Shown here: positions 11,101-21,975 of the stretch, in pieces
Layout of the letters: each line of letters opens with the position of its first letter
Position numbering within the stretch: the first letter of the stretch is position 1
NCBI GenBank assembly: GCA_044361745.1
Contig: JBIKIF010000002.1
Coordinates: 23,119 to 87,118 of the forward strand
Length of the DNA: 64,000 bases
From: Holosporales bacterium
Lineage (GTDB): Bacteria; Pseudomonadota; Alphaproteobacteria; Holosporales; CAZGKG01
Direction of reading: 5' to 3'
Notes under the pieces: generated by a model
Told to the model about the DNA's origin: nothing
Seen by the model: only the letters and a program-made list of their open reading frames with translations
Databases searched by the model: none
Made by a program: the position numbers and the translations under genes

Positions 11101-12319
11101 TGCTGAGAAAAATATTCTTGAGCGGAATTACCGGGCCCGTTTGCAGGCTCTTCTTGTGGGGCAAACATTGGCTTCTGGGCATGCGGGTGTCAAGGCAAAG
11201 ACGGTCTTGTCAGCAGATGTCTTGCAGGCGATGCCTGCCCATGAATGGCGCCATGTGACTGTTGTGGATGAGGATGTCTCCTCCAAGTTAGAAGCCCTTC
11301 GGGATCAGCTTCAAAACGCCTTGACGGCGCTCACAAAACGTTTTGAGAACAAGGTTGAGCGGGTTCGTCGTGGGGATGACTTGCAAGCGGGTGTCTTGAA
11401 AAAAGTGAAGGTGTATGTGGCGGTGAAGCGGAAGCTTCAGCCGGGCGATAAGATGGCGGGGCGACATGGGAACAAAGGTGTGGTGTCCCGCATTGTTCCT
11501 GTTGAGGATATGCCCTATCTCGCGGATGGAACGCCTGTAGATATCGTTCTCAATCCTCTGGGGCTTCCCTCTCGGATGAACATGGGTCAGATTCTTGAGA
11601 CCCATCTGGGCTGGGCTGCAAAAAGCCTTGGGCGTCAGGTGTCCCAGATGCTCATGGACGTTGCGGACGGAAAGACAGTCGGGGATCTTCGGGCGTCTTT
11701 TGCGGAGCTTTATGGCCAGAGAGCAGATGCTATTCAGGCGCTGAACAGCCTATCTGACGCGGAGCTGATCTCCATGGCTGCCCATCTTGAGGATGGCCTT
11801 CCCATGGCCACTCCTGTTTTTGAAGGGGCCCGTGAATCTGAGATTGCGGAAGCTCTTGAAAAAGCAGGACAGAATGCCTCTGGTCAGGTGACCCTTTATG
11901 ATGGCCGTTCGGGGGAGCCCTTCGATCGTCAAGTGACCGTGGGTGTGATTTATATGCTCAAATTGCACCATTTGGTGGATGAAAAAATTCACGCGCGTTC
12001 TGTGGGGCCTTACAGTTTGATTACCCAGCAACCTTTGGGGGGTAAGGCACAGTTCGGGGGTCAACGGTTAGGGGAAATGGAGGTCTGGGCTTTGGAGGCT
12101 TACGGAGCTGCCTATACCTTGCAAGAAATGTTGACGGTCAAATCGGATGATATCGTTGGTCGTACGCTCGCTTACGAATCGATTATTCGAGGGGACAACC
12201 ATTTTGAGTGCGGGATTCCTGAATCGTTTAACGTTTTGGTGAAAGAGCTGCGGTCCTTGGGCTTAAACATGGAGTGTGCCCAGGAGATCGTGCCGCCTCT
12301 GCTGGAAGAGCCTTTGTAA
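8120..12319 (+). CDS. rpoB: DNA-directed RNA polymerase beta subunit
   Basis: 1399-aa ORF, RpoB-like along its whole length. The in-frame ATG at 8135 (MSQSSG…) may be the real start. Confidence 0.97.
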   Translation: MKGVRMSQSSGDYQRLRRSYSRISDVAPVPNLIELQKTSYDLFLQQKVDPAKREATGLEGILRGIFPIQDTSGRSQLEYVQYVLEEPKYDLIEARQKGGTYASALRVTFRLVVWDVDEETGARSIRHIKEQDVYMGDMPLMTVNGTFMINGIERVIVSQMHRSPGVFFDHDKGRVHASGKFLFAARVIPYRGSWLDLEFDAKDLLFVRIDRKRKFPVSTLLMALDSAETAQKRAEGHHFGVGEARGMDREEMLHRFYETVTYVSRGDQWETDFIPSAWRGVKLVRPLVNAETGAVVAEVGTKVVARLLAQFQRENLKRIFVPQEEIIGRYLALDCVNLETGEIYAEAGDEITPQVLSTLLAQGMETLSVLNIDHVTVGSYLRDTLLADKNSTRDEALLDIFRILRPGEPPTVDAAESLFWGLFFDPEKYDLSTVGRVKMNARLGEETPDSLRTLRKEDILGIVRVLLELRDGRNAIDDIDSLSNRRVRAVGELMENQYRAGLTRVERLTRERMGSIDLDTALPQDILNAKPVAAVLREFFGTSQLSQFMDQTNPLSEITHKRRISALGPGGLTRDRAGLEVRDVHPTHYGRICPVETPEGPNIGLINSLATYALVNPYGFIETPYRRVEKGHVTNEVVYLSAMQEGDYAIAQGNATLDENKNLVGDMISCRKAGDYVLAAPEEVDLIDVSPKQILSVAAALIPFVENDDASRALMGANMQRQAVPLIHPQAPLIGTGMELSVARDSGALVIAQRGGVVDQVDATRIVIRTDGEPSSENSGVDIYNLMKFQKSNASTCINQKPLVHVGDIVTQGQVIGDGPATELGELALGRNVTVAFLAWNGCCFEDSIVISERLVQQDAYTSIHIEEFEVEARDTKLGSEEITGDIPGISEGAASRLDESGIVYIGASVKPGDVLVGKVTPKGDNPVTPEEKLLRAIFGEKAADMRDTSLRLPPGFSGTVVDVRVFSRRGVDKDERSIAIERAEIARLVKDRDAEKNILERNYRARLQALLVGQTLASGHAGVKAKTVLSADVLQAMPAHEWRHVTVVDEDVSSKLEALRDQLQNALTALTKRFENKVERVRRGDDLQAGVLKKVKVYVAVKRKLQPGDKMAGRHGNKGVVSRIVPVEDMPYLADGTPVDIVLNPLGLPSRMNMGQILETHLGWAAKSLGRQVSQMLMDVADGKTVGDLRASFAELYGQRADAIQALNSLSDAELISMAAHLEDGLPMATPVFEGARESEIAEALEKAGQNASGQVTLYDGRSGEPFDRQVTVGVIYMLKLHHLVDEKIHARSVGPYSLITQQPLGGKAQFGGQRLGEMEVWALEAYGAAYTLQEMLTVKSDDIVGRTLAYESIIRGDNHFECGIPESFNVLVKELRSLGLNMECAQEIVPPLLEEPL

Positions 12320-12351
12320 AAAAGCGAATGCTTTAAAGGAAATTTTAAAAA

Positions 12352-12380
12352 GGCCCCGTGTCTCAGGGACGGGGTCTTTA
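12352..12380 (+). promoter_or_regulatory. Hairpin in the rpoB-rpoC spacer (possible attenuator or processing site)
   Basis: GGCCCCGT-GTCTCAGGG-ACGGGGTC forms an 8-bp stem followed by TTTA. It sits in a 100-nt intercistronic gap. Confidence 0.3.
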
Positions 12381-12419
12381 GGCGAAACATGACGAAGAGA
12401 AATAAAGGGGTCTGTCGAT

Positions 12420-15400
12420 ATGCGTCAACATGAACGAGACAAATTGAGCCAATTGTTCTCACCATCGGGCGCGCAGGCGTTCGATCGCGTTCAAATTTCT
12501 ATTGCCAATCCAGAGCAAATTCGGGCCTGGTCTTTTGGGGAGGTGAAGAAGCCGGAAACCATTAACTACCGGACCTTCAAGCCTGAAAAGGATGGTCTCT
12601 TTTGTGCGCGCATCTTCGGCCCTATCAAAGATTACGAGTGTTTGTGCGGTAAATACAAACGGATGAAATTCCGTGGTGTCGTGTGTGAAAAGTGTGGCGT
12701 AGAGGTCACCTTATCAAAGGTTCGCCGGGAGCGGATGGGGCATATTGAGCTGGCGGCTCCTGTGGCCCACATTTGGTTTACGAAGTCACTCCCCAGCCGT
12801 ATTGGGACCCTCTTAGATTTGACGAACAAAGACCTGGAAAAAGTTCTCTATTTCGAGAGCTACATTGTGACCGAGCCGGGACTGACCCCCTTGCGTCTCC
12901 ATCAGTTGCTGACGGAAGAGGAATACATTGACGCCCAGGATGATTATGGTGAAGATGCCTTCCGGGCTCAAATTGGTGCGAGAGCTCTGAAGGAAATGCT
13001 GATGGCCATTGACTTGCGCCAAGAGGAAGCAAGCCTTCGGGAGGAATTGATTGGCACCACTTCAGAGATGAAGCGCAAGAAAATTATTCGTCGCCTGAAA
13101 CTTCTCAAAGCGTTTGTTCATTCAGATACGCGACCCGAGTGGATGATTCTGGATGTAGTGCCCGTGATTCCCCCAGAGCTTCGCCCTTTGGTGCCTTTGG
13201 ATGGGGGGCGCTTTGCGACAGCTGATTTGAATGATCTTTATCGCCGTCTTATTAATAGAAACAACCGTTTGAAGCGGCTTTATGAACTTCGGGCACCGGG
13301 GATTATCATCCGAAATGAGGAGCGTATGCTCCAAGAAATTGTGGATGCCCTTTTGGACAACAGCCGTCGAGGTCGGCCGATTACGGGGACTAACAAGCGA
13401 CCTCTCAAGTCTCTTTCAGACACTTTGAAGGGGAAGCAGGGGCGTTTCAGACAAAATCTTTTGGGGAAACGGGTCGATTATTCTGGCCGTTCCGTCATTG
13501 TTGTGGGTCCAGAGCTGAAGCTTCATCAGTGTGGTCTTCCGAAGCGGATGGCCCTTGAGCTGTTCCGTCCTTTTGTGTACGCCCGCCTCGAGCGGTATGG
13601 GCTTGCGCCGACGTTGAAGGCGGCCAAGCGGATGGTCGAGAAAGAGCGTCCAGAGGTTTGGGACATTTTGGAGGAGGTGATTTGGGAACACCCGGTTCTC
13701 CTCAACCGTGCCCCCACTTTGCACAGGCTGGGGATCCAAGCGTTTGAGCCGGTCTTAATTGAAGGGAAAGCGATTCAGCTGCATCCCCTGGTCTGTACTG
13801 CCTTTAACGCAGACTTTGACGGAGACCAGATGGCGGTTCACGTGCCTCTTTCTATTGAAGCGCAGCTGGAAGCCCGTGTCTTGATGATGTCCACCAATAA
13901 CATCTTGAGCCCTGCAAACGGCGCCCCCATTATTGTGCCCTCAAAAGACGTCGTTTTGGGGATTTATTACCTGACTTTGATGCGGGATGGGGTGGTTGGT
14001 TCGGGGATGGTGTTTAAGGACCTGAGCGAAATTGAGCAGGCTTTGTTCCATCAAGTTGTCTCCCTCCATGCCCGGATTAAAGCGCGCGTTCTGGAGATGA
14101 CGGAAGAAGGCAATCTGGAGAGTCGCATTGTCGAGACAACCCCCGGCCGTGTCATTCTGGCGTCTTTATTACCTAAGCACCCCAATCTTCCGTTTGCATT
14201 GGTCAATCAGCTCTTAACGTCTGTGGACATTGCGGGCCTTGTGGACGCGGTTTATCTGCACTGTGGCCAAAAAGAAACAGTCATTTTTGCTGACAAAATT
14301 ATGGCCCTGGGCTTTAAGTACGCCACCCTTTCAGGCATTTCTTTTGGAAAAGACGATCTGATTGTTCCTCAGGAGAAGCGGTTTTTGGTTGATGAAACCT
14401 GGGGCCTGGTGAACGAGTATCGTCAGCAATATTTGGACGGTCTGATCACTCAGGGGGAGCGCTATAACAAAGTGACGGACGCTTGGACTAAGTGTACGGA
14501 AAAAGTGGTGTCTGCGATGTTGGACGGGATGGCGAAGGCCAATGCGGAACATCTGAATGCGGTTTATATGATGGCCCATTCTGGTGCTCGTGGTTCGCCT
14601 ACTCAGATGCGTCAGTTGGCGGCGATGCGTGGTTTGATCCAGCGACACTCTGGTGAAATTATTGAGCAGCCTATTATTTCAAACTTTAAAGAGGGCCTTC
14701 AGGTTCTTGAATACTTCAACTCGACCCACGGATCCCGGAAGGGGCTTTCTGACACCGCTTTGAAAACTGCGAACTCGGGTTATCTGACCCGTCGTTTGGT
14801 CGACGTGGCCCAGGACTGCATTGTGAGTATCGAGGATTGCGGAACAGGAAAAGGTCTTTCCATGCGCCCTGTCGTGGAAGGGGGTGAATTGATTGCATCT
14901 CTCGGGGAGCGGATTCTGGGTCGAACGGCTGCGGAAGATGTGGTGGATCTTCTCTCAGGGGATGTGTTAGCGCGCGAAGGTGACCTTCTTGACGAACGGA
15001 TGGTGGATGCCATTCAAAAAACCGGTATCGAGGAAGTGCGGATTCGGTCTGTGTTGACGTGCGAAGCTGTGACCGGCCTGTGTGCCAAGTGCTATGGTCG
15101 AGATTTAGCCCGGGGTATTTTGGTCAACGTTGGGGAAGCGGTGGGTGTGATTGCAGCCCAGTCTATCGGTGAGCCGGGGACTCAGCTAACCATGCGGACG
15201 TTCCACTTAGGGGGGGCGGCCCAGAAGGCGACGGAAGAATCGACGATTGATGCAACCATTGATGGTGTGGTCATTCTGAAGAACCGGAATATTTTGGTCA
15301 ACCGTGACGGCGTGGCCCTTGCGATGGGGCGCCATATGGAGCTCGCCATTCAAGACAGTCAGGGTCGTGAGCGGGCCCGCCACCGCATTCCTTATGGAGC

Positions 15401-16559
15401 GATTGTTCATGTGGATGATGGGGTTCAGGTGACGAAGGGTATGCGTCTTGTGGAGTGGGATCCTTACACCATCCCTGTGATTACGGAATGTGATGGGATT
15501 GCCCATTTCGTTGACTTGACTGAGGGGGTCTCTTTACGGGAGGTGATTGACGAAACCACGGGAATTTCCAAGCGGGTGGTCTCTGATTGGCGTCAGGCGT
15601 CCCGGAACATGGATCTTAAGCCGCGCATTACTCTGAGAGATGGGCAGGGGAAAGCGCTGACGTTTGCTAATGGACTTGAGGCCCGTTATACCTTGTCCGT
15701 TGAAGCAATTTTGGAAATTGAGAATGGGTCCCAAGTTCAGGCGGGGGATATCTTGGCCCGTTTGCCTCGGGAATCCTCTAAAATGCGCGACATCACAGGG
15801 GGTCTCTTGCGGATTGCAGAGCTCTTTGAAGCGCGGAGACCGAAGGATCCAGCCATTGTCTCTGAGCACAATGGGCGCGTTGAGTTTGGAAAGGACTATA
15901 AAGCAAAGCGTTGCCTGATTGTTGTTCCAGAAGATCCGGCCCTCAGCCCAGTAGATTATTTTGTCCCCAAAGGCAAGCATATTGTGGTTCAGGAAGGGGA
16001 TGTGGTTCGCAAGGGTGAGCTTTTGGTGGACGGCAGCTTGGTTCCTCAGGATATTCTGCGGATTTTGGGTGTGGAAGCTTTGGTTTATTATTTGACCAAT
16101 GAAGTCCAGGAAGTCTATCGTCTCCAGGGTGTGAAGATTAACGACAAACACCTTGAGGTGATCATTCGTCAGATGCTTCAGAAAGTTGAGATCACGGATG
16201 CAGGGGATACGCTTCATCTTGTGGGGGATCAGATTAGCCGCAAAGAATTTGAAAGCCAGAATCATCAGCTTCAAAAAGAAGGGCGCCCTGAACTGCGGGC
16301 CTACCCCATTCTTCAGGGGATTACAAAGGCGTCTTTGCAAACGGAATCCTTTATCTCTGCAGCTTCCTTCCAAGAGACAACGCGGGTTCTCACGGAAGCA
16401 GCTGTTTGGGGGAAATCCGATCGCCTGGAAGGCCTGAAGGAGAATGTCATCGTGGGACGGTTGGTTCCGGCTGGAACCGGTTGGGTTGTCAACCGTTTTC
16501 GGGGCATGGCTCTTGCTGAAGAGTTGGCCTTAAAGGATGGGGCTTCCCAGAGTGACTAA
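12420..16559 (+). CDS. rpoC: DNA-directed RNA polymerase beta' subunit
   Basis: 1379 aa with the catalytic [12 protein letters not shown] motif and an N-terminal zinc-binding Cys cluster (CLCGKYKR…CEKCG). Confidence 0.97.
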   Translation: MRQHERDKLSQLFSPSGAQAFDRVQISIANPEQIRAWSFGEVKKPETINYRTFKPEKDGLFCARIFGPIKDYECLCGKYKRMKFRGVVCEKCGVEVTLSKVRRERMGHIELAAPVAHIWFTKSLPSRIGTLLDLTNKDLEKVLYFESYIVTEPGLTPLRLHQLLTEEEYIDAQDDYGEDAFRAQIGARALKEMLMAIDLRQEEASLREELIGTTSEMKRKKIIRRLKLLKAFVHSDTRPEWMILDVVPVIPPELRPLVPLDGGRFATADLNDLYRRLINRNNRLKRLYELRAPGIIIRNEERMLQEIVDALLDNSRRGRPITGTNKRPLKSLSDTLKGKQGRFRQNLLGKRVDYSGRSVIVVGPELKLHQCGLPKRMALELFRPFVYARLERYGLAPTLKAAKRMVEKERPEVWDILEEVIWEHPVLLNRAPTLHRLGIQAFEPVLIEGKAIQLHPLVCTAFNADFDGDQMAVHVPLSIEAQLEARVLMMSTNNILSPANGAPIIVPSKDVVLGIYYLTLMRDGVVGSGMVFKDLSEIEQALFHQVVSLHARIKARVLEMTEEGNLESRIVETTPGRVILASLLPKHPNLPFALVNQLLTSVDIAGLVDAVYLHCGQKETVIFADKIMALGFKYATLSGISFGKDDLIVPQEKRFLVDETWGLVNEYRQQYLDGLITQGERYNKVTDAWTKCTEKVVSAMLDGMAKANAEHLNAVYMMAHSGARGSPTQMRQLAAMRGLIQRHSGEIIEQPIISNFKEGLQVLEYFNSTHGSRKGLSDTALKTANSGYLTRRLVDVAQDCIVSIEDCGTGKGLSMRPVVEGGELIASLGERILGRTAAEDVVDLLSGDVLAREGDLLDERMVDAIQKTGIEEVRIRSVLTCEAVTGLCAKCYGRDLARGILVNVGEAVGVIAAQSIGEPGTQLTMRTFHLGGAAQKATEESTIDATIDGVVILKNRNILVNRDGVALAMGRHMELAIQDSQGRERARHRIPYGAIVHVDDGVQVTKGMRLVEWDPYTIPVITECDGIAHFVDLTEGVSLREVIDETTGISKRVVSDWRQASRNMDLKPRITLRDGQGKALTFANGLEARYTLSVEAILEIENGSQVQAGDILARLPRESSKMRDITGGLLRIAELFEARRPKDPAIVSEHNGRVEFGKDYKAKRCLIVVPEDPALSPVDYFVPKGKHIVVQEGDVVRKGELLVDGSLVPQDILRILGVEALVYYLTNEVQEVYRLQGVKINDKHLEVIIRQMLQKVEITDAGDTLHLVGDQISRKEFESQNHQLQKEGRPELRAYPILQGITKASLQTESFISAASFQETTRVLTEAAVWGKSDRLEGLKENVIVGRLVPAGTGWVVNRFRGMALAEELALKDGASQSD

Positions 16560-16592
16560 CTGTGAGGGGCGTCTCTTTCTGGATCCTGTCAG

Positions 16593-16619
16593 GTCAACGG
16601 AAGCTCTTATTCCGTTGAC
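16593..16619 (+). terminator. Stem-loop downstream of rpoC (no T-tract)
   Basis: GTCAACGGAA-GCTCTTA-TTCCGTTGAC is a perfect 10-bp stem. No U-run follows, so function as an intrinsic terminator is uncertain. Confidence 0.35.
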
Positions 16620-16661
16620 CCAACTCTACCAGCGCGACGTTAGTCGGGCTGGGATTTCTCT

Positions 16662-18038
16662 ATGACGCCTGGCGCGCGCTATCAGGCGGTTCTTGAGGTC
16701 TTGTCTGAGGTCTGCGATCGGACTTCAGGGGTCCCGCGTCCTTTGGAAGCAGTGTGTGCGGATTTCTTTCGAAAGAGGCGCTATATCGGATCTAAAGACC
16801 GCTCTGCGATTGCCTCTTTTGTCTATGGGGTGGCCCGCAGTTGGGCGCAGATTCTTTTTTATGGCGCGTCTCAGGGGCGGGACCTTTCCCATTTTTGGAA
16901 AGGCCGGGCGCCTGAGGGGTCAGCCCGTTTCGCTTTGTTGACCTATTTGGCCGGGGTCCAAAAAATTCCTCTTCGGGATATTGAGCTTCTTTGGTCGGGG
17001 GATCTCTATCATCCAGAGAGTTTGACAGCTTCCGAGAAAAGGTGGCTGAAGGGGCCATTCCCTGCGGACACATCCCTTCCACGCTGGGTGCAAGCAGGAG
17101 TCTCAGACGCTTGGTTTGCATGCTTTGAGCGTCAATTTGGAGAAGAGGCCTTTGCTGTTTTGACGGGGCTTTCGGAATCAGCGCCCACAGATTTGAGGGT
17201 GAATCTTTTAAAAACAAATCGTCTGCAAGTGATGGAGCGCCTCAAGCTTCGGGGCATTGAAAATGCACAGACTCCCTATTCTCCTTGGGGGATTCGTTTA
17301 ACCGCACGTCACGCTTTGACAGGATTGCCTGAGTTTGTAGAGGGATTGTTTGAGATCCAAGATGAAGGATCCCAGGTGATGGCTTCTCTTCTCTCTGCCC
17401 GCCAGGGGGATCGTGTGCTCGATTTGTGCGCCGGAGCGGGGGGGAAAACCCTTGCTTTGGGGATGATGATGGAGAACCGTGGGCAGATTTGGGCGACAGA
17501 TGTGGCGAAATGGCGGCTTGAGCGTACACGGGTTCGGGCCAAGAGGGCCGGATTGTTTAATGTGCAGTACCGGGCACTCGAGGGCCTTGAGGATTCTTGG
17601 TTAGTCAAGCATGAGGGATATTTTGACCGTGTCCTTCTGGATGTTCCTTGCAGTGGGACTGGGACGTGGCGCAGGCATCCGGAGCAGAAATGGCACTGTG
17701 ATCCGTCCTTTTTGGAACCGTTACTCAAGCAGCAACAGGACATATTAACTTTGGGTGCGCGCATGGTGCGGAAAGGGGGGAGGCTTCTTTATGGAACTTG
17801 TTCTCTTTTGGAGCTGGAAAACCAGAAGCAAGTTCACCTTTTTTTAGAGGCCCATCCGGACTTCAAGATTCGCCCCCATGGGGCCCCCCGAAGTGAAGGA
17901 CCATCTTACATTGCCGACCTCCAGAGCCAGGGACTTCCTGATAAACCCTTGCCTCTGACCCCTGAGGGCTTCCTTGTGATGCGCCCTGACCAGACGGGAA
18001 CGGATGGTTTTTTTGCCGCCTGTCTCGAGAAGATTTGA
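16662..18038 (+). CDS. rsmB: 16S rRNA (cytosine-C5) methyltransferase, RsmB/NOP2/Sun family
   Basis: 458 aa. SAM-binding VLDLCAGAGGKT, catalytic DRVLLDVPCSGTGTWRRHPE and …LLYGTCSL… motifs, after a NusB-like N-terminal region. Confidence 0.8.
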   Translation: MTPGARYQAVLEVLSEVCDRTSGVPRPLEAVCADFFRKRRYIGSKDRSAIASFVYGVARSWAQILFYGASQGRDLSHFWKGRAPEGSARFALLTYLAGVQKIPLRDIELLWSGDLYHPESLTASEKRWLKGPFPADTSLPRWVQAGVSDAWFACFERQFGEEAFAVLTGLSESAPTDLRVNLLKTNRLQVMERLKLRGIENAQTPYSPWGIRLTARHALTGLPEFVEGLFEIQDEGSQVMASLLSARQGDRVLDLCAGAGGKTLALGMMMENRGQIWATDVAKWRLERTRVRAKRAGLFNVQYRALEGLEDSWLVKHEGYFDRVLLDVPCSGTGTWRRHPEQKWHCDPSFLEPLLKQQQDILTLGARMVRKGGRLLYGTCSLLELENQKQVHLFLEAHPDFKIRPHGAPRSEGPSYIADLQSQGLPDKPLPLTPEGFLVMRPDQTGTDGFFAACLEKI

Positions 18039-18468
18039 ACAAGTTTTGGATCCATGTCCAAATATTTTTTATCCAGCCTTCCTCTTCTTCTGGCGTGGTT
18101 TCGCAGTTATGTTCCTCACGGAAAAATAAAACGAATTGTGAGATATCTCGGGCGGTACCGATCGCTTCTTCTCGCAGGCGGTCGTCTGACATGGTACAGT
18201 GGGAATCGCAAGTGTTTAAACAATCTTTGTAGGAGACGCGGAGCATTCCCGGGACCTCCACATGGGGTCTAAAGTCGATCTCCGCGCACTCTTCTTTACA
18301 GAATTCCTTACATTTCGTTTGGTCTTTTGGGCCGCATGAATCTTTGCGGGATTCAGCGTTTTCCATGTTTCGATAGGGGGAGGTCTCTCCTGAGGAGGCT
18401 TCAAAGATGAATCCTAGGGAAAAGATGAATAGGAAAAAATTCAAGGGTCTTCCATTCGTTGTTTTCAT
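17863..18468 (-). CDS. Hypothetical secreted cysteine-rich protein
   Basis: 201-aa ORF. Signal-like N-terminus MKTTNGRPLNFFLFIFSLGFIFEA. Two clusters of CX3C spacing (C-X7-C-X3-C-X3-C and C-X3-C-X3-C). The last 176 nt overlap the 3' end of rsmB. No family recognised. Confidence 0.4.
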   Translation of the reverse strand: MKTTNGRPLNFFLFIFSLGFIFEASSGETSPYRNMENAESRKDSCGPKDQTKCKEFCKEECAEIDFRPHVEVPGMLRVSYKDCLNTCDSHCTMSDDRLREEAIGTARDISQFVLFFREEHNCETTPEEEEGWIKNIWTWIQNLFKSSRDRRQKNHPFPSGQGASQGSPQGSEARVYQEVPGSGGRQCKMVLHFGGPHGGES

Positions 18469-18559
18469 AGAAAAGCTAGGTAAACATTGCCCTGCACTTG
18501 CTTTTTAAGTGTGCAAAGAGTATGCCACTAAGAGACGAAGACGAATGCGGGGACCAGTG

Positions 18560-19243
18560 ATGTCAGTAGAATTCCTGAAAGAGGTTGAAGAAGATATTCA
18601 TCGGGAGGAGTGGATCCAGTTTTGGAAAAATTATGGCCTGGTGATTGGCGGAGTCGTTTTGGCGACATTGCTTGCTGCAGGCGGTTACCTGTGGTGGCGT
18701 TCCAGTGAACAGGCAGCGCTGGAGGCAGACTCTGCCCGCTATGAATCCATTCTGAGTGAAATGCTCCACTCCGGCCCCTCACCGTCTGTTCAAAAATCCT
18801 TTCAAGATCTCGTGTCCAAGGGGAGGGGAGGGTACCCTCTTCTGGCCCAGATTCAGCTTTACCGGATTGCGAGTGGTGGCTCAAACGACCCCCAAATTGA
18901 TTCTGAAGGGGAAGCTCTTTTGGCCAAGGTTCGTGGGAGCCGGGAGTCGGGTTTTGAGGGGGCTATTGTTTTGAATCTTGCGTATAGGGCCATTGATGGT
19001 GGCAGAGAGCTTCCCGCTGTCGTGCGTGACTCTCTCAAACTGTTTGAGATGCCACAAAACCCTTGGAAAGGATTGGCCTTAGAGGTTCAAGCTTTGGAGG
19101 CCGTTCAAAACAAGCAGTTAGACCAAGCACAGAAAATCTATAATACCCTCTTAACGTCAACGGATGTGATCCAGGGTGTGCATACAAGGGCAGGACTTGA
19201 GGTGATTGGCGCCCATCTCTCTCTTCCTCTTTCCTCTCGGTAA
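18560..19243 (+). CDS. YfgM-like membrane-anchored TPR-like protein
   Basis: Single N-terminal TM helix (LVIGGVVLATLLAAGGYLWW) followed by a helical domain. It occupies the yfgM position of the conserved yfgM-bamB-der arrangement. The ORF is open from 18509; the ATG at 18560 is preferred. Confidence 0.55.
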   Translation: MSVEFLKEVEEDIHREEWIQFWKNYGLVIGGVVLATLLAAGGYLWWRSSEQAALEADSARYESILSEMLHSGPSPSVQKSFQDLVSKGRGGYPLLAQIQLYRIASGGSNDPQIDSEGEALLAKVRGSRESGFEGAIVLNLAYRAIDGGRELPAVVRDSLKLFEMPQNPWKGLALEVQALEAVQNKQLDQAQKIYNTLLTSTDVIQGVHTRAGLEVIGAHLSLPLSSR

Positions 19244-19245
19244 CA

Positions 19246-20601
19246 ATGGAGAACATGATCATGGGAAAACGTTTGAATAGGGGGCTGTCTTCTGTCTCTT
19301 TGCTTGGTTTAGTGGCTTTTTTTTTAGCAGGGTGCTCTCTTTTTGAAAAAGAAAAGATTCCTCTGAAGGGGGAGCGCAAGGTCATTTCTGCACTGGATAC
19401 CTCCATTTTGAAAGCGCAGAAAGGAGGAGGGTCAGTTGTGGTTCCGCTGGGGAGTTCTGTGCCTGCGTGGACCCAAACAGATCTTCATCCAAGCCATCAT
19501 AAGGGATCCCTTGCTTTTGCAAACGCCCTGAAACAGCGCTCTGTTGTGTGGTCCCGTTCTCTCAGCTCCTCAGATTGTGACGCGCGCCTTCTCGCGACCC
19601 CGATTCTGACCTCTGACGGAGGGATCATTTTGATGGGTCATAGGGGAGAGGTGATCTGCTCTGACGCCCAAACGGGGGAGACGCGGTGGCAAACACCGAT
19701 TGCGCCTTCAGAGAAACAAAGCTGTCCTGTGTTGAGCGGTGCCTGTGCATTTCAGGGGGATCGGGTATTTGTTGCGAGCCCCTATGGAGAGCTGCTCGCC
19801 TTGTCTCCGAAAACGGGTGAAATTCTCTGGCGGAAAGAGCTTTCCAGCCCTGCGCGGAATGCTTTGACCCTTGCGGACGGTCTTGTGTATGTTGTGACTT
19901 TGCAAAATCAACTCCAGGCTTTTGAACAAGACAAAGGCACACTGGCGTGGACCCATGCGGGCATGCCGGAGGGCCTAGGCATTTTAGGGCTTGCAGCGCC
20001 GGCGGTGGATCAAGGTCTTCTTGCTGTTGCTTATACCTCTGGGGAGATTTATGTGCTTCGGGCCCAAACAGGCCACAGCGTTTGGTCGGAGATTCTTTCA
20101 GGTCCAAGGCGCCTAGGGGAGGCGCAAAACATGGCTCATATTCGGGCGAATCCTGTGATTGTGGAGGGGGTTCTTTATGTTTTGACCTACAACGGCCAGA
20201 TGGTTGCATTTAATTTGCAAAATGGTCGGCGTCTTTGGGAGGCTCCTATTGGGGGGACTCAGACGCCGGTCATTGCGGGAGAGACTGTCTTTGTTCTTTC
20301 GGGAACTCAGGAGCTTGTAGCCCTTGAAAAAGGGACAGGGCAGGTTCTTTGGGTATCTCGACTCTCAGATCTGTCTGGAGGTGCTCAAGGGGGCGGCTCT
20401 TGGTCCGGTCCTCTTCTGGCGGGAGGCGTCCTCTATGTGCTCAGCTCAGAAGGTGTCTTGATGGGGCTCAATCCCAAAGACGGGACTCAGATGCCTGGGC
20501 AAATATTGGGCCTTTCCGATCGCTTTTCCCTCCCTCCTATTGTGGTTCAAGACAGGCTGTACGCTTTGTCTGAGGGCGGTTCCTTCTCTGCGATTCAATA
20601 A
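19246..20601 (+). CDS. bamB: Outer-membrane assembly lipoprotein BamB-like (PQQ-repeat beta-propeller)
   Basis: Lipobox FFLAGC, repeated beta-propeller blades (…LYVLT.NGQ.VAF…), and a position immediately upstream of der. Confidence 0.75.
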   Translation: MENMIMGKRLNRGLSSVSLLGLVAFFLAGCSLFEKEKIPLKGERKVISALDTSILKAQKGGGSVVVPLGSSVPAWTQTDLHPSHHKGSLAFANALKQRSVVWSRSLSSSDCDARLLATPILTSDGGIILMGHRGEVICSDAQTGETRWQTPIAPSEKQSCPVLSGACAFQGDRVFVASPYGELLALSPKTGEILWRKELSSPARNALTLADGLVYVVTLQNQLQAFEQDKGTLAWTHAGMPEGLGILGLAAPAVDQGLLAVAYTSGEIYVLRAQTGHSVWSEILSGPRRLGEAQNMAHIRANPVIVEGVLYVLTYNGQMVAFNLQNGRRLWEAPIGGTQTPVIAGETVFVLSGTQELVALEKGTGQVLWVSRLSDLSGGAQGGGSWSGPLLAGGVLYVLSSEGVLMGLNPKDGTQMPGQILGLSDRFSLPPIVVQDRLYALSEGGSFSAIQ

Positions 20602-20612
20602 GGCTTTTTTGA

Positions 20613-21965
20613 ATGTCTCATCCTTCTACGCCTCTCCCGTGTGTTGCCATTTTAGGGCGTCCCAATGTGGGGAAATCCACGCTTTTTAACAGACTGGCGG
20701 GTCGCCCGTTGGCTTTGGTTCGTGATGAGCCTGGGGTGACGCGGGATTGGCAAGATGCCACAGTGACATTTTTTGGGCTGTCCTTCCGTCTGATGGATAC
20801 GCCGGGTCTTTTGGAAGGCTCTGAGCCTCTTGCGAAATCCATTTGGGAGCATACGTGGACCGCTTTGCAGATGGCGGATTTATTATTGTTTGTGGTGGAT
20901 GCCCGTATGGGCTTTCTGCCGGAGGACAAAGCTCTGGCCCAGTTGGCACGGAAAACAGGGAAACCCATCTTGGTCTTGGCGAACAAATGTGAAGGCAAGA
21001 GTGGCTTTGCAGGGCTTTGGGAGGCTTCTGAATTAGGGTTTGGGGACCCCATGCCCCTGTCTGCAGCCCATGGGGAAGGGTTTGTCGAGTTGGCGGACGC
21101 TCTGGCAGAACGCCTCACGTTTCCCGAGGCGCTTGAGGAGCGGGTCTGGGAGGCGCTTCCCCCCCTTAAAATTGGATTTGTGGGACGTCCCAATGTGGGG
21201 AAATCCACCCTTGTGAATCACTTCATCGGATCCGCCCGCATGCTTGCAGGTCCTGAAGCAGGGTTGACGCGAGATGCGGTGGAGGTTCCTTGGAGGTACG
21301 GGGACCGTTCGTTGGTCTTGGTGGATACAGCGGGACTCCGTAAGGCCCGGAATATTTCGGACGCTCTTGAGAAAATGGCAGCGTCTGACACCATTCGAAC
21401 CATCAATCTTGCCCAAGTGGTGGTGGTGGTTTTGGACGCACTTCAAGCTCTTGAGCGCCAGGATTGTATCATTGCGGCTCGCGCGGTTGAAGAGGGTCGC
21501 ATTGTTGTTTTGGCTTTGAACAAATGGGATCAGGTGGCGGATCCCGTGAAAACCTTACAAGAGATTCAGTACAAGGTGGAGAGGGTGTTGCCTCAGGTGA
21601 AAGGGATTCCTCTGGTTCCCATGTGTGCGCTGACAGGGAAGGGTACAAAAACTCTCATGAAGGCGATTTTCGCGATGGAGGAAAACTGGCGCGCCCGAAC
21701 GTCGACCGCTCAATTGAACCGATTTCTGGAGGCTGCTTTGGCGACACACCAGCCACCCATGGTCAATGGCCGGCGAATTAAGCTGAAATATCTGACCCAG
21801 GTCAAGGCGTGCCCGCCCACTTTTGTGTTGTTTGGGAATCAGACCGATTCTCTGCCTGAAGCTTACCGGACGTATTTGCTGAATGGGCTGAGAGAAAAGC
21901 TTGGGTTTAAGGGGGTGCCCTTGCGTTTATTGCTTCGAACCCCAGAGAATCCTTTCCGAGATTAG
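20613..21965 (+). CDS. der: Ribosome-associated GTPase Der/EngA
   Basis: Two tandem G domains (GRPNVGKST twice, DTPG/DTAG, NKCE/NKWD) plus a KH-like C-terminal domain. Confidence 0.95.
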   Translation: MSHPSTPLPCVAILGRPNVGKSTLFNRLAGRPLALVRDEPGVTRDWQDATVTFFGLSFRLMDTPGLLEGSEPLAKSIWEHTWTALQMADLLLFVVDARMGFLPEDKALAQLARKTGKPILVLANKCEGKSGFAGLWEASELGFGDPMPLSAAHGEGFVELADALAERLTFPEALEERVWEALPPLKIGFVGRPNVGKSTLVNHFIGSARMLAGPEAGLTRDAVEVPWRYGDRSLVLVDTAGLRKARNISDALEKMAASDTIRTINLAQVVVVVLDALQALERQDCIIAARAVEEGRIVVLALNKWDQVADPVKTLQEIQYKVERVLPQVKGIPLVPMCALTGKGTKTLMKAIFAMEENWRARTSTAQLNRFLEAALATHQPPMVNGRRIKLKYLTQVKACPPTFVLFGNQTDSLPEAYRTYLLNGLREKLGFKGVPLRLLLRTPENPFRD

Positions 21966-21975
21966 AGGTTTCTCC

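Noticed and set aside
15534-16373. 279-aa minus-strand ORF inside rpoC. Similar long antisense ORFs occur at 42099-42926 (opposite ffh), 25480-26190 (opposite comF), 27605-28375 (opposite flgB/flgC), 30541-31191 (opposite the MBL gene), 58560-59147 (opposite adc), 63306-63884 (opposite sucA) and 7266-7799 (opposite the OMP gene).
   Set aside because: All lie fully antisense to strongly supported genes. Their translations are low-complexity (R/P/G/H-rich) with no recognisable motifs. They are typical stop-poor shadow frames.
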